From: an uncultured Pseudoflavonifractor sp. | GTDB taxonomy: Bacteria; Bacillota; Clostridia; Oscillospirales; Oscillospiraceae | Direction: 5' to 3' | NCBI GenBank assembly: GCA_947425785.1 | Contig: CANEAY010000004.1 | Coordinates: 66,960-130,959, forward strand | Length of the DNA: 64,000 nucleotides | Part shown: piece after piece, positions 10,193 through 19,601 of the stretch | How positions within the stretch are numbered: position 1 is the stretch's first letter | Layout of the letters: every line of letters begins with the position of its first letter | Notes under the pieces: generated by a model | Told to the model about the DNA's origin: nothing | Seen by the model: the letters and a program-made list of their open reading frames with translations, nothing else | Database searches by the model: none | Program-made: the position numbers and the translations under genes

Positions 10193-10858
10193 ATGAGAAA
10201 GACATTTGATGCCCAGCTCCGGGAGCTGGGCGAGGCCCTGGTGGACATGGCGGCGTCGGCAGAGGACGCCATCGACACCGTGACCCGCTCCCTCACCTCC
10301 GCCGATGCCGGCACGGCCCGGCGGGCCATCGAGCTGACAAGGGCCATGGACGAGATGGAGCGGGGCATTGAAAACCAGTGCTTCCGGCTCCTTCTCCAAC
10401 AGCAGCCGGTGGCCCACGACCTGCGAACCATCTCGGCGGCTCTGAAAATGGTCACCGACCTGCAGCGCATTGGGGATCAATGCGCCAACATTGCCGAGCT
10501 GGCCCTGCTGTGGCCCGAGGGGGCCCGGGGCGTGGGGGAGCTGGCCCACATCCACGCCATGAGCCAGAAAGCGGCCATCATGGTCAAGCGCTCCATCCAC
10601 GCCTATGCGAACCAGGACGCCGAGGCCGCCCGGACGGTCATCGCTCTGGACGACGAGGTGGATGCGCTCTTCGTGCTGGCCAAGCAGAGCCTTGTGGCAC
10701 TGCTGGTAGAGCGCCGGGAGGAGGCTGACCGGGCCATCGACCTGATCATCATCGCCAAGTACCTGGAGCGGATCGCCGACCATGCGGTCAACATCGCCCG
10801 CTGGGCCATTTACTGTGTCACGGGAGAATTGGTGGGATCAGACCTTGCCCTGTCTTGA
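10193..10858 (+). CDS. phoU: Phosphate signalling protein PhoU
   Basis: QQPVAHDLR, DLQRIGDQCANIA, LERIADHAVNIA. Confidence 0.96.
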   Translation: MRKTFDAQLRELGEALVDMAASAEDAIDTVTRSLTSADAGTARRAIELTRAMDEMERGIENQCFRLLLQQQPVAHDLRTISAALKMVTDLQRIGDQCANIAELALLWPEGARGVGELAHIHAMSQKAAIMVKRSIHAYANQDAEAARTVIALDDEVDALFVLAKQSLVALLVERREEADRAIDLIIIAKYLERIADHAVNIARWAIYCVTGELVGSDLALS

Positions 10859-10897
10859 GAGATATAGTAAAATACCCTTGAAGGGGGGGCTTATCCC

Positions 10898-11566
10898 ATG
10901 GACGATATCATTGTCATCGTGGAAGACGACGAGGCCATCCGTACCACAGTCCGATATTACTTCTCCTCGGTAGGCTATACCGTCCGGGACTACGGCTCCG
11001 GGGAGGCCATGTTCGCCGGAGAGGAGGGCCTGGCCCCGCCCACCCTGTACCTGCTGGACATCATGCTCCCCGGCATGGACGGGCTGGACATCCTCCGCCG
11101 CCTCCGGGACGTCCCCGCCACGGCGGACATCCCCGTCATCTTTCTCACCGCCCGCACCGCGGAAATGGATCGGGTCAACGGCCTTGACCTGGGTGCGGAC
11201 GACTATGTGGTGAAGCCCTTCGGCATCATGGAGCTGCAGTCCAGAGTGAAGGCCGTCCTCCGCCGCACCCGGAGCAAAACGGACAAGTGCCTGCGCTGGC
11301 AAGACCTGGAGCTGGACTTGGCCGCCTACGAGGCCCGAAAGGCCGGGAACCCCATAGAACTGACCCACAAAGAATTTGAACTGCTCCGGCTCCTCCTCTC
11401 CCGCCGGGGAGAGGTGCTGAGCCGGGACGAGATGCTCCGCACCGTCTGGGGCTACGGCTATACAGGCGAGACCCGAACGGTGGATGTACATATCAAGTCC
11501 CTCCGGCAAAAGCTGGGCGAGGGACTTATCACCACCGTGCGGGGCGTGGGCTATCGGATCTCATAA
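10898..11566 (+). CDS. phoP: Phosphate regulon response regulator (PhoP/PhoB)
   Basis: OmpR-family motifs (LDIMLPGMDG, TRTVDVHIKSLRQKL) in the pst-phoU operon. Confidence 0.88.
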   Translation: MDDIIVIVEDDEAIRTTVRYYFSSVGYTVRDYGSGEAMFAGEEGLAPPTLYLLDIMLPGMDGLDILRRLRDVPATADIPVIFLTARTAEMDRVNGLDLGADDYVVKPFGIMELQSRVKAVLRRTRSKTDKCLRWQDLELDLAAYEARKAGNPIELTHKEFELLRLLLSRRGEVLSRDEMLRTVWGYGYTGETRTVDVHIKSLRQKLGEGLITTVRGVGYRIS

Positions 11567-11581
11567 AGGGAGCGTACCGCC

Positions 11582-13294
11582 ATGAAAAAGCGTTTCGTCG
11601 CCGGCACCATGCTCATCGTTGTGCTGGCCCTTCTCATCTCCACCGTAGCCGGGGCCTTCAGCCTGTCCGCCCGCCAAAACGCGGCCGCCCGGCAGAGCCT
11701 GCGGGATCTTCTCCGCCTGATGGACGCCCAGGACAGCGTCTCCGACGTGGAGGGGCTGACAAAAGCCTTCCGCACCGCCATGCCCGACAACCGCCTGACC
11801 ATCCTCTCCCCCGGCGGCACCGTCCTGGCCGATACCGGCAGCGACACCACCGAGGATCACCACAGCCGCCCGGAGGTGCAGCAGGCCCTGGAGACCGGCT
11901 GGGGGGAGGTCACCCGCAGCTCCGCCACCCTGGGCTACCCCATGCTCTACGTGGCCAAGCGCTTTTCCGACGGCCTGGTGGTCCGGGCCGCCATGCCCAT
12001 GTCCACCGTAGACGCCCTGATCCGGCACAGTATGCCCCCCCTCATCGCCGCCGTCCTGGCGGCCCTGGTCATGGTCTTTGCCCTGTCCCGAAAAATGGCC
12101 CGGCACCTGGTCAGGCCCCTGGCCGCCGTGGGCCAGGCCCTCCAGGATATCCTCTACGGCCACCAGCCCGCCTCCCTGGCCGAATATGAAACGGAGGATG
12201 AGCTGCGGCCCATCCTGCGCTACCTGCGGCAGCTCATGGAGCGGCTGCAGGACAACATGGAGCAGATCAAAACAGAGCGGGACAAGGTCACTCTGATCCT
12301 GGACTGCATGGGGGAAGGGCTTCTCCTTCTGGATGAGGAGGGCCGCATCCTGGCCATCAACCGGGCCGCCAAAGCCCTGATGGGTCTGTCGGAGGACGGC
12401 GAAGCCGGCGTCCCCGCCCTCCTCCGCACCCCGGCCGTCAGCCAGGCCATGGCCGCCGCCCCCGGAGAGCGCTCCGCCCTGGTGGTGGATCTCGATGCCC
12501 CGGACGGCCGGGCCCTCCGGCTCTTCCTCTCCCCGGTGAGCGGCCAGCACTTTGAAGGCCAGACCGTGGGGACGTCCATCCTCATCTCCGATGTGACCGA
12601 GCTGAAACGGGCGGAGAATATCCGCAGTGAGTTCACCGCCAATGTGTCCCACGAGCTGAAGACCCCCCTCACCTCCATCCGAAGCTCGGCAGAGCTGCTC
12701 TCCAAGGGGCTGGTGAAGCCGGAGGATCAGGAGCAGTTCTATACCCTCATCGAAGTGGAGACGGAGCGGCTCATCTCCCTCATCAATGACATCCTGAAGC
12801 TCTCCGAGCTGGAAAGCGCCGCCATCGACCAGCCCGGCGGCGCCGCCTCCCCCCTGGCGGCCGCCCGGGAGGCGGAGGCCCTTCTGCGCACCGAGGCCGC
12901 AGAGAAGGAAATCGCCATCCGGGTCTCCGGGGACGAGGGGGAGGCCCTCATCCCCTACGACCGGCTGAAGGAGCTTCTGCTGAACCTGATGGAGAACGCC
13001 ATCCGCTACGGCAAGGCCCAGGGCCATGTGGATGTGACCGTGGAACAGGGGGAGGGCAGCATGGTCATCACCGTCCGTGACGACGGCATCGGTATCCCCC
13101 GGGAGGCCCTGCCCCATATCTTTGAGCGGTTCTACCGGGTGGACAAGAGCCGTTCCAAGCAGACCGGCGGCACCGGCCTGGGCCTGGCCATCGTCAAGCA
13201 CATCTGCCAGCTCTGCCGCGGTGAGGTGACAGCGGAAAGCGAGGCAGGCAAGGGAAGTACCTTTACGGTCATTCTCCCCGCTGAAAAGGAGTGA
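11582..13294 (+). CDS. phoR: Phosphate regulon sensor kinase with PAS domain
   Basis: DHHSRPEVQQAL, EFTANVSHELKTPLTSI, YRVDKSRSKQTGGTGLGLAIVKH. Confidence 0.9.
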   Translation: MKKRFVAGTMLIVVLALLISTVAGAFSLSARQNAAARQSLRDLLRLMDAQDSVSDVEGLTKAFRTAMPDNRLTILSPGGTVLADTGSDTTEDHHSRPEVQQALETGWGEVTRSSATLGYPMLYVAKRFSDGLVVRAAMPMSTVDALIRHSMPPLIAAVLAALVMVFALSRKMARHLVRPLAAVGQALQDILYGHQPASLAEYETEDELRPILRYLRQLMERLQDNMEQIKTERDKVTLILDCMGEGLLLLDEEGRILAINRAAKALMGLSEDGEAGVPALLRTPAVSQAMAAAPGERSALVVDLDAPDGRALRLFLSPVSGQHFEGQTVGTSILISDVTELKRAENIRSEFTANVSHELKTPLTSIRSSAELLSKGLVKPEDQEQFYTLIEVETERLISLINDILKLSELESAAIDQPGGAASPLAAAREAEALLRTEAAEKEIAIRVSGDEGEALIPYDRLKELLLNLMENAIRYGKAQGHVDVTVEQGEGSMVITVRDDGIGIPREALPHIFERFYRVDKSRSKQTGGTGLGLAIVKHICQLCRGEVTAESEAGKGSTFTVILPAEKE

Positions 13295-13300
13295 ACCTCT

Positions 13301-13669
13301 ATGACCCCGGACGAATTGATGTTCTTTAACGCAATGCCCGGCGCCCTTCCCATTTACGATACCCTGCGCGCCCATATCCTCACCGCCTTTCCCGAGACGG
13401 CGGTGGAGGTCAAAAAGACCCAGATCACCTTCAGATCCCACTACGGCTTCGCCTTCGTCTCCCTGCGGCGGATGAAGGGCTGCCCCGCAGTCTTCCTCAT
13501 CCTCACCCTGGGCCTGGGGCGGCGGCTGGCCTCTCCCCGTGCTGCGGCGGCGGTGGAGCCTTACCCCGGCCGCTGGACCCACCACTTCATCATCTCCGAC
13601 CCCAAAGAGCTGGACGGGGAGCTGCTGGACTGGCTCCGGGAGGCCCACGGCTTCGCCCAGCGCAAGTAA
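13301..13669 (+). CDS. DUF5655-like hypothetical protein
   Basis: 122 aa with KKTQITF and EPYPGRWTHH motifs that I associate with this family; not verified by search. Confidence 0.65.
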   Translation: MTPDELMFFNAMPGALPIYDTLRAHILTAFPETAVEVKKTQITFRSHYGFAFVSLRRMKGCPAVFLILTLGLGRRLASPRAAAAVEPYPGRWTHHFIISDPKELDGELLDWLREAHGFAQRK

Positions 13670-13689
13670 AGAAAAAAGGCGGGTGCCCT

Positions 13690-14514
13690 ATGGCTGACAT
13701 CATCAAGATCACCGACCTCTCCGACCCGGCGCTGGACGTCTATGCCCGGCTCACCGAACACCAGCTGCGCAGCCGCCGGGCGGAGGAAAAGGCCCTCTTC
13801 ATCGCCGAGAGCTCCAAGGTCATCCTCTCCGCTCTGGCGGCGGGGTGTGAGCCTGTCTCCCTCCTGATGGAGGAGCGGCAGCTCCCGCTGCAGGAAGAAC
13901 TGCTCTCCCGGTGCGGGGGTATTCCCGTCTACACCGCCGGCCGCGAGGTGCTGGAGGGCCTCACCGGCTACGCCCTCACCCGCGGCGTGCTCTGCGCCAT
14001 GAAGCGCCCCTCCCTCCCCACGGTGGAGGCCGTCTGCGCCAACGCCCGCCGGGTGGCGGTGCTGGAGGGCATCGTGGACGCCACCAATGTGGGGGCTATT
14101 TTCCGCTCCGCCGCCGCCCTGGGCATGGATGCCGTCCTTGTGACCCCCACCTGCTGCGACCCCTTGAGCCGCCGGGCGGCCCGGGTGAGCATGGGTACCG
14201 TCTTCCAGATCCCCTGGGCCCGGGTGGGCGCCAAGGCAGAGGATTGGCCCCTGCCGGGGCTGGAGCGGCTCAAGGCCCTGGGCTTTCGCACCGCCGCCCT
14301 GGCCCTTCGCCGGGATGCCCTCACCGTGGACGACCCCCGGCTGGTCCGGGAGGAGCGGCTGGCGGTGCTCCTGGGCACCGAGGGGGACGGCCTGGCCCCC
14401 CAAACGGTGGCCCAATGCGACTACACCGTCTGCATCCCCATGGCCCACGGCGTGGACTCCCTCAACGTGGCGGCGGCCAGCGCCGTGGCCTTCTGGCAGT
14501 TACGGAGAAAATAA
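13690..14514 (+). CDS. TrmH/SpoU family RNA methyltransferase
   Basis: LEGIVDATNVGAIFRSAAALG, LGTEGDGL, IPMAHGVDSLNVAAASAV (SPOUT knot). Confidence 0.95.
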   Translation: MADIIKITDLSDPALDVYARLTEHQLRSRRAEEKALFIAESSKVILSALAAGCEPVSLLMEERQLPLQEELLSRCGGIPVYTAGREVLEGLTGYALTRGVLCAMKRPSLPTVEAVCANARRVAVLEGIVDATNVGAIFRSAAALGMDAVLVTPTCCDPLSRRAARVSMGTVFQIPWARVGAKAEDWPLPGLERLKALGFRTAALALRRDALTVDDPRLVREERLAVLLGTEGDGLAPQTVAQCDYTVCIPMAHGVDSLNVAAASAVAFWQLRRK

Positions 14515-14555
14515 AAGAAGGACGTTTGGGTCTTATCCCAAACGTCCTTCTTTTT
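14513..14555. terminator. Bidirectional terminator between the pho and Moco operons
   Basis: aaaagaaggacgtttggg-tcttat-cccaaacgtccttctttt. Confidence 0.9.
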
Positions 14556-14559
14556 ATGG

Positions 14560-15450
14560 TCAGTTCCGCTCCGCCTCGGTGACGCACTCCTTTTTGAGCT
14601 TGCCCACCAGGGTCTCCAGGGCAGAGATCACATGGGGCCGGATGTCGCCGCCCACGAGGACATACATGATGTCGTCCCCCACGGACAGCTCTCCCTCGTT
14701 GAGCCATACCCGGACATAATAGATCCCCGGCAGGGCCTTGGCCTCCTCCACGGCGGCAGCCGCCTTTTCCCGGTCATAGCTGAAATACATCCCCGTCACG
14801 GCGGCCCCGGCCTTCCCCTCCCGGACTTGGGAGCGGGCGGTGGAGCGGACAACCCCGTTGTGGGTGAGGTACATCCCCACCTTGCCGCTGTCCGGGTCGG
14901 CCTTGGCCTCCCGGAGCCATGCGTCCATAGAGGGGGACGTCCTGCCGCCCTTTACCGGCTCTCCGCAGTCGGCGGAGCCCTGAGAGAGGAGCATCTCCAC
15001 CCCGTGGGCAATGCCGGGGAGCACGGCGTTCAGGTTCTCCCTGGCCGCCTTCTCGCTGCCGGGGAGGTTGACGATGAGGCTCCTCCCCCGGATGCCCGCC
15101 GTCCCCCGGGAGAGGCAGCCCCGGGGTGTGACCTTCATGCTCTCGGCGCGCATGGCCTCCGGGATGCCGGGCACCGCCCGCTCGATGACCTGGGCGGTGG
15201 CCTCCGGGGTCACATCTCTGGGGGAAAAGCCGGTGCCGCCGGTGGTGACCACCAGGGAGATCCCCAACTCATCGGCACAGCGGATCAGCTCCTTCCGAAT
15301 GTCCGCCCCCTCGTCAGGGATGATGGCGGTGTGGGCGATCTGGAACCCCGCCCCCTCCAAAATGGCCCCGATGGCGGGGCCGCTGGTGTCCGCCCGCTCC
15401 CCCCGGGAGCCCTTGTCGCTGATGGTGATGACTGCCGCCGTACGGCTCAT
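14560..15450 (-). CDS. Fusion: MogA/MoaB molybdopterin adenylyltransferase + MoaE-like domain
   Basis: N-half ITISDKG, DTSGPAI, TTGGTGFSPRDVTPEAT, NLPGS (MogA); C-half GMYLTHNGVVR...GELSVGDDIMYVLVGGDIR (MoaE-like). Start ATG 15450 overlaps the upstream stop. Confidence 0.88.
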   Translation of the reverse strand: MSRTAAVITISDKGSRGERADTSGPAIGAILEGAGFQIAHTAIIPDEGADIRKELIRCADELGISLVVTTGGTGFSPRDVTPEATAQVIERAVPGIPEAMRAESMKVTPRGCLSRGTAGIRGRSLIVNLPGSEKAARENLNAVLPGIAHGVEMLLSQGSADCGEPVKGGRTSPSMDAWLREAKADPDSGKVGMYLTHNGVVRSTARSQVREGKAGAAVTGMYFSYDREKAAAAVEEAKALPGIYYVRVWLNEGELSVGDDIMYVLVGGDIRPHVISALETLVGKLKKECVTEAERN

Positions 15451-16415
15451 GCCCCTTCCCCCTCTCTGTGGTAGTCCCCGTGAACGCCGCCGGTCTTCTC
15501 CACCAGGCGCACGTCGGTGATGACCATGTCCCGCTGTACCGCCTTGCACATGTCGTACACCGTAAGGGCGGCCACGCTGGCGGCGGTGAGGGCCTCCATC
15601 TCCACCCCGGTGCGGCCGCCGCAGGTGACGCTGGCCCGGATCTCCACGCTGCAGCGGCCCTCGTCCAGCTCCAGGGACAGCTTGCTGCCGTCAATGAGGA
15701 TGGGGTGGCACATGGGGATGAGGTCGGGGGTGCGCTTTGCCCCCATGATGCCCGCGATCTGGGCCACGGTGAGCACGTCCCCCTTCTTCATCCCCCCGGT
15801 CTGGATGAGGCGGAAGGTCTCCTCATTCACCAGCACCCGGGCCGCCGCCACGGCCGTCCGGGTGGTAATGGGCTTCTCTCCCACATTCACCATCTTGGCC
15901 CTTCCCTGGGCGTCAAAATGGGTAAAATCCCTTCTGTTTTCCATGATAAACTCCGTCAACTCCTCTATGTCGTCAAGACCGAACCTGGGCACGGCCCCTT
16001 TGATATCCTCCCGGTCGGTGACCAGGGCCACATAGTCCTCCGGGGGGCTGGGAAAGTCCTTCCCCGTGGCCTCCCGGCACAGGCCCAGGCGGGAGATGCC
16101 GCTGTCCTTCCACCCCTCCACCAGGATGATGTCCACGTCATCCTCCACCTGCCCCAGCAGCTCCTCCAGGGAGGAGCCCCTCTGGCGCAGGACGGCGGTC
16201 TTTCCCGCCGAGGTGATGGCCGTCACCGCCGCCCCGGCCTGGGTGAAGCGGTAGGTGTCCTTGCCGGGGCGATCCATGTCAAAGTCGTGTCCGTCGTGCT
16301 TCACCGCCCCCACCCGCAGGCCCTTGGCGGTAAGGGCGGCGATGAGCCGCTCCATCAGGGTGGTCTTCCCCGTGCCGGAGTAGGCGGAAAGGCCCAAAAC
16401 TGGTATCCCTTCCAT
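15447..16415 (-). CDS. Fusion: MobB (P-loop) + MoaC cyclic pyranopterin monophosphate synthase
   Basis: AYSGTGKTT and VKHDGHDFDMDRPGKDT (MobB); FTHFDAQGRAKMVNV, LIPMCHP, GVEMEALTAASVAALTVYDMCKAV (MoaC). Confidence 0.92.
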   Translation of the reverse strand: MEGIPVLGLSAYSGTGKTTLMERLIAALTAKGLRVGAVKHDGHDFDMDRPGKDTYRFTQAGAAVTAITSAGKTAVLRQRGSSLEELLGQVEDDVDIILVEGWKDSGISRLGLCREATGKDFPSPPEDYVALVTDREDIKGAVPRFGLDDIEELTEFIMENRRDFTHFDAQGRAKMVNVGEKPITTRTAVAAARVLVNEETFRLIQTGGMKKGDVLTVAQIAGIMGAKRTPDLIPMCHPILIDGSKLSLELDEGRCSVEIRASVTCGGRTGVEMEALTAASVAALTVYDMCKAVQRDMVITDVRLVEKTGGVHGDYHREGEGA

Positions 16416-16417
16416 GG

Positions 16418-17365
16418 TCACCCTCCGATCTGGTTCATGTCCCGGCCCGCGTGACTGGGCTGGGCATAGGAGAGGGGGGCGTGGCATTGGGGCTTGGCCA
16501 GGATGGCCTCCCGGAACCGGGCCGCCATCCCCTCCCGGTCCAGCCCCTTGATGGAAAACTCCTCCTCCGAGTGAAGGCAGGGCTTGATCTTGCCGTCAGC
16601 GGTGAGGCGCAGCCGGTCACAGCTGCCGCAGAAGTGGTCGCTCACCGGGCTGATGAGCCCCACATTGCCCAGGGCGCCGGGGAGCTTGTAAAGCCGGGCG
16701 GTGCCCCCCTGGCCGGGGACGCTCTCCAGCTCCGGCAGCCGCTCCAGAACAGCGGTGCAGGGAAGGAACGCCTCCGGCGGGAAGCCCTGGGTCATGGGCA
16801 TCAGCTCGATAAAGCGCACATCCACCGGCCACTTCCGGGTCAGCTCCGTCAGGGCCGGGATCTCATCGTCGTTGAAGCCCCCAATGAGCACCACGTTGAG
16901 CTTCACCTTCTCGAACCCCAGCTCCAGCGCCGCCTGGATGCCCTCCAGGGCCTGGGCCAGCTCCCCCACCCGGGTGATCTGCCGGTACTTCTCCCCGTCC
17001 AGGGTGTCGATGCTGATGTTGACCCTCTTCACCCCCGCCTGCCGCAGCTCCTTTCCCATCCGGGGCAGCAGAAGGCCGTTGGTGGTGACGCACACCTCGC
17101 CGATGCCCTCCACCTGGGCACACTGGCGGCAGATGGAGAGGATGTTCCTCTTCACCAGGGGCTCCCCCCCGGTGATGCGCAGCTTGGTGACCCCCAGGGA
17201 GGCGGCGGCCTCCACGGCGGAGACCATCTCCTCCTCGGTGAGTATCTCCCCGTGGGGCCGGAGGCACACCCCCTCCTCCGGCATACAGTAGCGGCAGCGC
17301 AGGTTGCACCGGTCGGTCACCGACAGCCGCAGATAGGTGATCTTCCGTCCAAATGTATCCTTCAT
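16418..17365 (-). CDS. moaA: GTP 3',8-cyclase (radical SAM)
   Basis: YLRLSVTDRCNLRCRYCMP (CxxxCxxC), C-terminal FCGSCDRLRLTADGKIKPCL, MNQIGG end. Confidence 0.98.
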   Translation of the reverse strand: MKDTFGRKITYLRLSVTDRCNLRCRYCMPEEGVCLRPHGEILTEEEMVSAVEAAASLGVTKLRITGGEPLVKRNILSICRQCAQVEGIGEVCVTTNGLLLPRMGKELRQAGVKRVNISIDTLDGEKYRQITRVGELAQALEGIQAALELGFEKVKLNVVLIGGFNDDEIPALTELTRKWPVDVRFIELMPMTQGFPPEAFLPCTAVLERLPELESVPGQGGTARLYKLPGALGNVGLISPVSDHFCGSCDRLRLTADGKIKPCLHSEEEFSIKGLDREGMAARFREAILAKPQCHAPLSYAQPSHAGRDMNQIGG

Positions 17366-17368
17366 GGC

Positions 17369-18385
17369 TCAATACCTTCCAAAAGTGCAGTTGGGGAAGT
17401 GGCAGCGCTCGCACATCTGGCACAGCCCCCCCTCCCCCAGCCGCCGCAGGTCGTCCCCGGTAAGGCGCTCTCCGGCAAAAATTTGGGGCAGGAGCACGTC
17501 AAAGATGGTGGTGGGCAGGCTCACCGCCGCCCCGGGCACCCCCAGGATGGCGGTATTGCCCAGATAGGCCGCCAGGGTCATGTTCCCCGGCTGGGCGGGC
17601 ACCCCGTGGCTGACGATATCCGCCCCCAGGGCCCGGATAGCGGAAGGGGTCAGGTCGTCGGGATCCACCGACATCCCGCCGCTGAAAATGAGCAGCTCCG
17701 CCCCCATGTCCAGGTACTTCCGGGCGGCGGCCAGGAGCATCTCCTCCTCGTCGTCGCAGAGGGTGACCCCCAGAAGCCGGTGGGGATACTTCTCCAGCTT
17801 TCCCCGGGCCACCGGCTCAAACTTGTCCCTGATGCGGCCGGAGTAAATTTCCGACCCGGTGATGATGACCCCCACCTTCAGCTCCCGGTAGGGCTTCAAC
17901 GCCAGCAGAGGCCGGTCTTTGCACAGCTCCTCCGCCCGGAGGATGTTCTCCTCCTTCGTCACCAGGGGCACGATGCGCATGGAGCACAGCCTGTCCCCCA
18001 CCTCCACCGGGTAGTGGTCGGGCAGGGTGGCAATGGTCACGTCGGGGATGGCGTTGACCTCCCCCAGCAGGGCGGTGTCCACCCGGAACATCCCCCGCAC
18101 GTCGGCTTTGAGCATCACCTTCCCCTCGGCGGGGCCCTCATAGTGGGCCCCCTCCACCGGGGCCATGGCGGCCATGCGCAGGGCGCAGTCCTCCTCGTGG
18201 AGCTCCCCGGCGTTCTCCTCCCAGACGAACACCGTCCGCTTTCCCAAGTCCAGCAGGGCGGGAATGTCCTCTTGCGTGATGACGTGCCCCCGGCGGAAGG
18301 CCGCGCCCTTAAAGCCGTCCCGCATGGCGGTGATGTCGTGGCAGAGGGTGAGGCCCAGGGCCTCTTCCACCTTTATCTTCTTCAT
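17369..18385 (-). CDS. MoeA-like molybdopterin-binding protein with C-terminal Cys cluster
   Basis: SGGMSVDPDDLTP, QPGNM, GVPGA; ends GGLCQMCERCHFPNCTFGRY. Confidence 0.85.
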   Translation of the reverse strand: MKKIKVEEALGLTLCHDITAMRDGFKGAAFRRGHVITQEDIPALLDLGKRTVFVWEENAGELHEEDCALRMAAMAPVEGAHYEGPAEGKVMLKADVRGMFRVDTALLGEVNAIPDVTIATLPDHYPVEVGDRLCSMRIVPLVTKEENILRAEELCKDRPLLALKPYRELKVGVIITGSEIYSGRIRDKFEPVARGKLEKYPHRLLGVTLCDDEEEMLLAAARKYLDMGAELLIFSGGMSVDPDDLTPSAIRALGADIVSHGVPAQPGNMTLAAYLGNTAILGVPGAAVSLPTTIFDVLLPQIFAGERLTGDDLRRLGEGGLCQMCERCHFPNCTFGRY

Positions 18386-19596
18386 AGCAAAAATCCTTTC
18401 AGCTCAGTCCCGGCCTCCAAAGCGCCGCTCCCCGCGGGCACCACGGCCATCACGTTCCAGCCCACGGCGCTGATGAGCACGGCATTGCCCTGGTTGGGGG
18501 GCAGCTCCAGCTCCACCCTGCCCTCCGTCAGCTTCAGTCTGCCCCGAAGCAGGCGGGTCATGGGGCTCTTCTTGGGATAGGGGGAAGCCAGCTTCAGTTC
18601 CACCTCCCGGGGCATATAGTCCGCCAGGCCCCGGAGCTTCCGCAGGGCCGGGGCGGCGATGGCGTAGAAATTGGTCAGGGCGGCGGCGGGATTGCCGGAG
18701 AGGGCGCACACCGGCTTCCCCTTCCCCACGCCGTAGGCGCAGGCCATGCCCGGCTTGAAGTCCACACCCCGGAAAAGGAGCTTCACCCCCGCCCCCTCCA
18801 TGGCGTCGGGGGTCAGGTCGTAATCCCCGGCGGAGACCCCGCCGGTGAGCACCAGAGCGTCGCAGTCCCCAAGCCCCTTCTCAATGAGGCCGCTGATGGC
18901 CCCCACGTCGTCCCCGGCCCAGCCCAGCCATACCGGCTCACAGCCCAGGGCCTCCAGGGCCGCCGCCAGGGTATAGCGGCTGGTGTCGTATATCTTCCCC
19001 GGCCGGGGCTCGTCGGTGAGGGAGAGCAGCTCCTCCCCGGTGGTGATGAGCCCCACCCTGGGGATGCGGTAGACCAAAGGCTCCCGCTGCCGCTGGGCGG
19101 CCAGCACCCCCATAAGGGCGGCGTCAATGACCGTTCCCGGCGAAGCCAGGGCCTGGCCCTCCTTCACGTCCTCCCCCGCCCGGACGATGTTCTGCCCCGG
19201 TTTGGCAGGTTTGAAAATGGTCACCGTCTCTTTGGTAAAGCGGGTGGACTCGTACTTCACCACCGCGTCCGCCCCCGGCGGGATGGGGGCCCCGGTGAGC
19301 ACCTTCACCGCCGTCCCCTCCGTCACCGCGCAGTGGGAGACCCCGCCGGCGGGGATCTCCTCCAGCACCCGCAGCTCCACCGGGCTCTCCTCCCCCGCCC
19401 CCTGTACGTCCTGGGCGCGGAAGGCGTAGCCGTCGTAGGGGGAGCGGTCAAAGGCGGGCACATCCTCCGCCGCCGTCAGGCTCTGGGCAAGCACCCGTCC
19501 GGCGCACCGGGCCAGGGGGAGCCGCTCCGCCTCCACAGGCTGTACTATCTCCAGCACAAGGGCCCGGGCCTTCTCATAAGAAATATGCTTTTCCAT
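18382..19596 (-). CDS. moeA: Molybdopterin molybdotransferase
   Basis: PAFDRSPYDGYA, TGAPIPPGADAVV, TGGVSAGDYD, KPGMA, LSGNP; start moved to MEKHISY. Confidence 0.95.
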   Translation of the reverse strand: MEKHISYEKARALVLEIVQPVEAERLPLARCAGRVLAQSLTAAEDVPAFDRSPYDGYAFRAQDVQGAGEESPVELRVLEEIPAGGVSHCAVTEGTAVKVLTGAPIPPGADAVVKYESTRFTKETVTIFKPAKPGQNIVRAGEDVKEGQALASPGTVIDAALMGVLAAQRQREPLVYRIPRVGLITTGEELLSLTDEPRPGKIYDTSRYTLAAALEALGCEPVWLGWAGDDVGAISGLIEKGLGDCDALVLTGGVSAGDYDLTPDAMEGAGVKLLFRGVDFKPGMACAYGVGKGKPVCALSGNPAAALTNFYAIAAPALRKLRGLADYMPREVELKLASPYPKKSPMTRLLRGRLKLTEGRVELELPPNQGNAVLISAVGWNVMAVVPAGSGALEAGTELKGFLL

Positions 19597-19601
19597 GGCT
19601 T

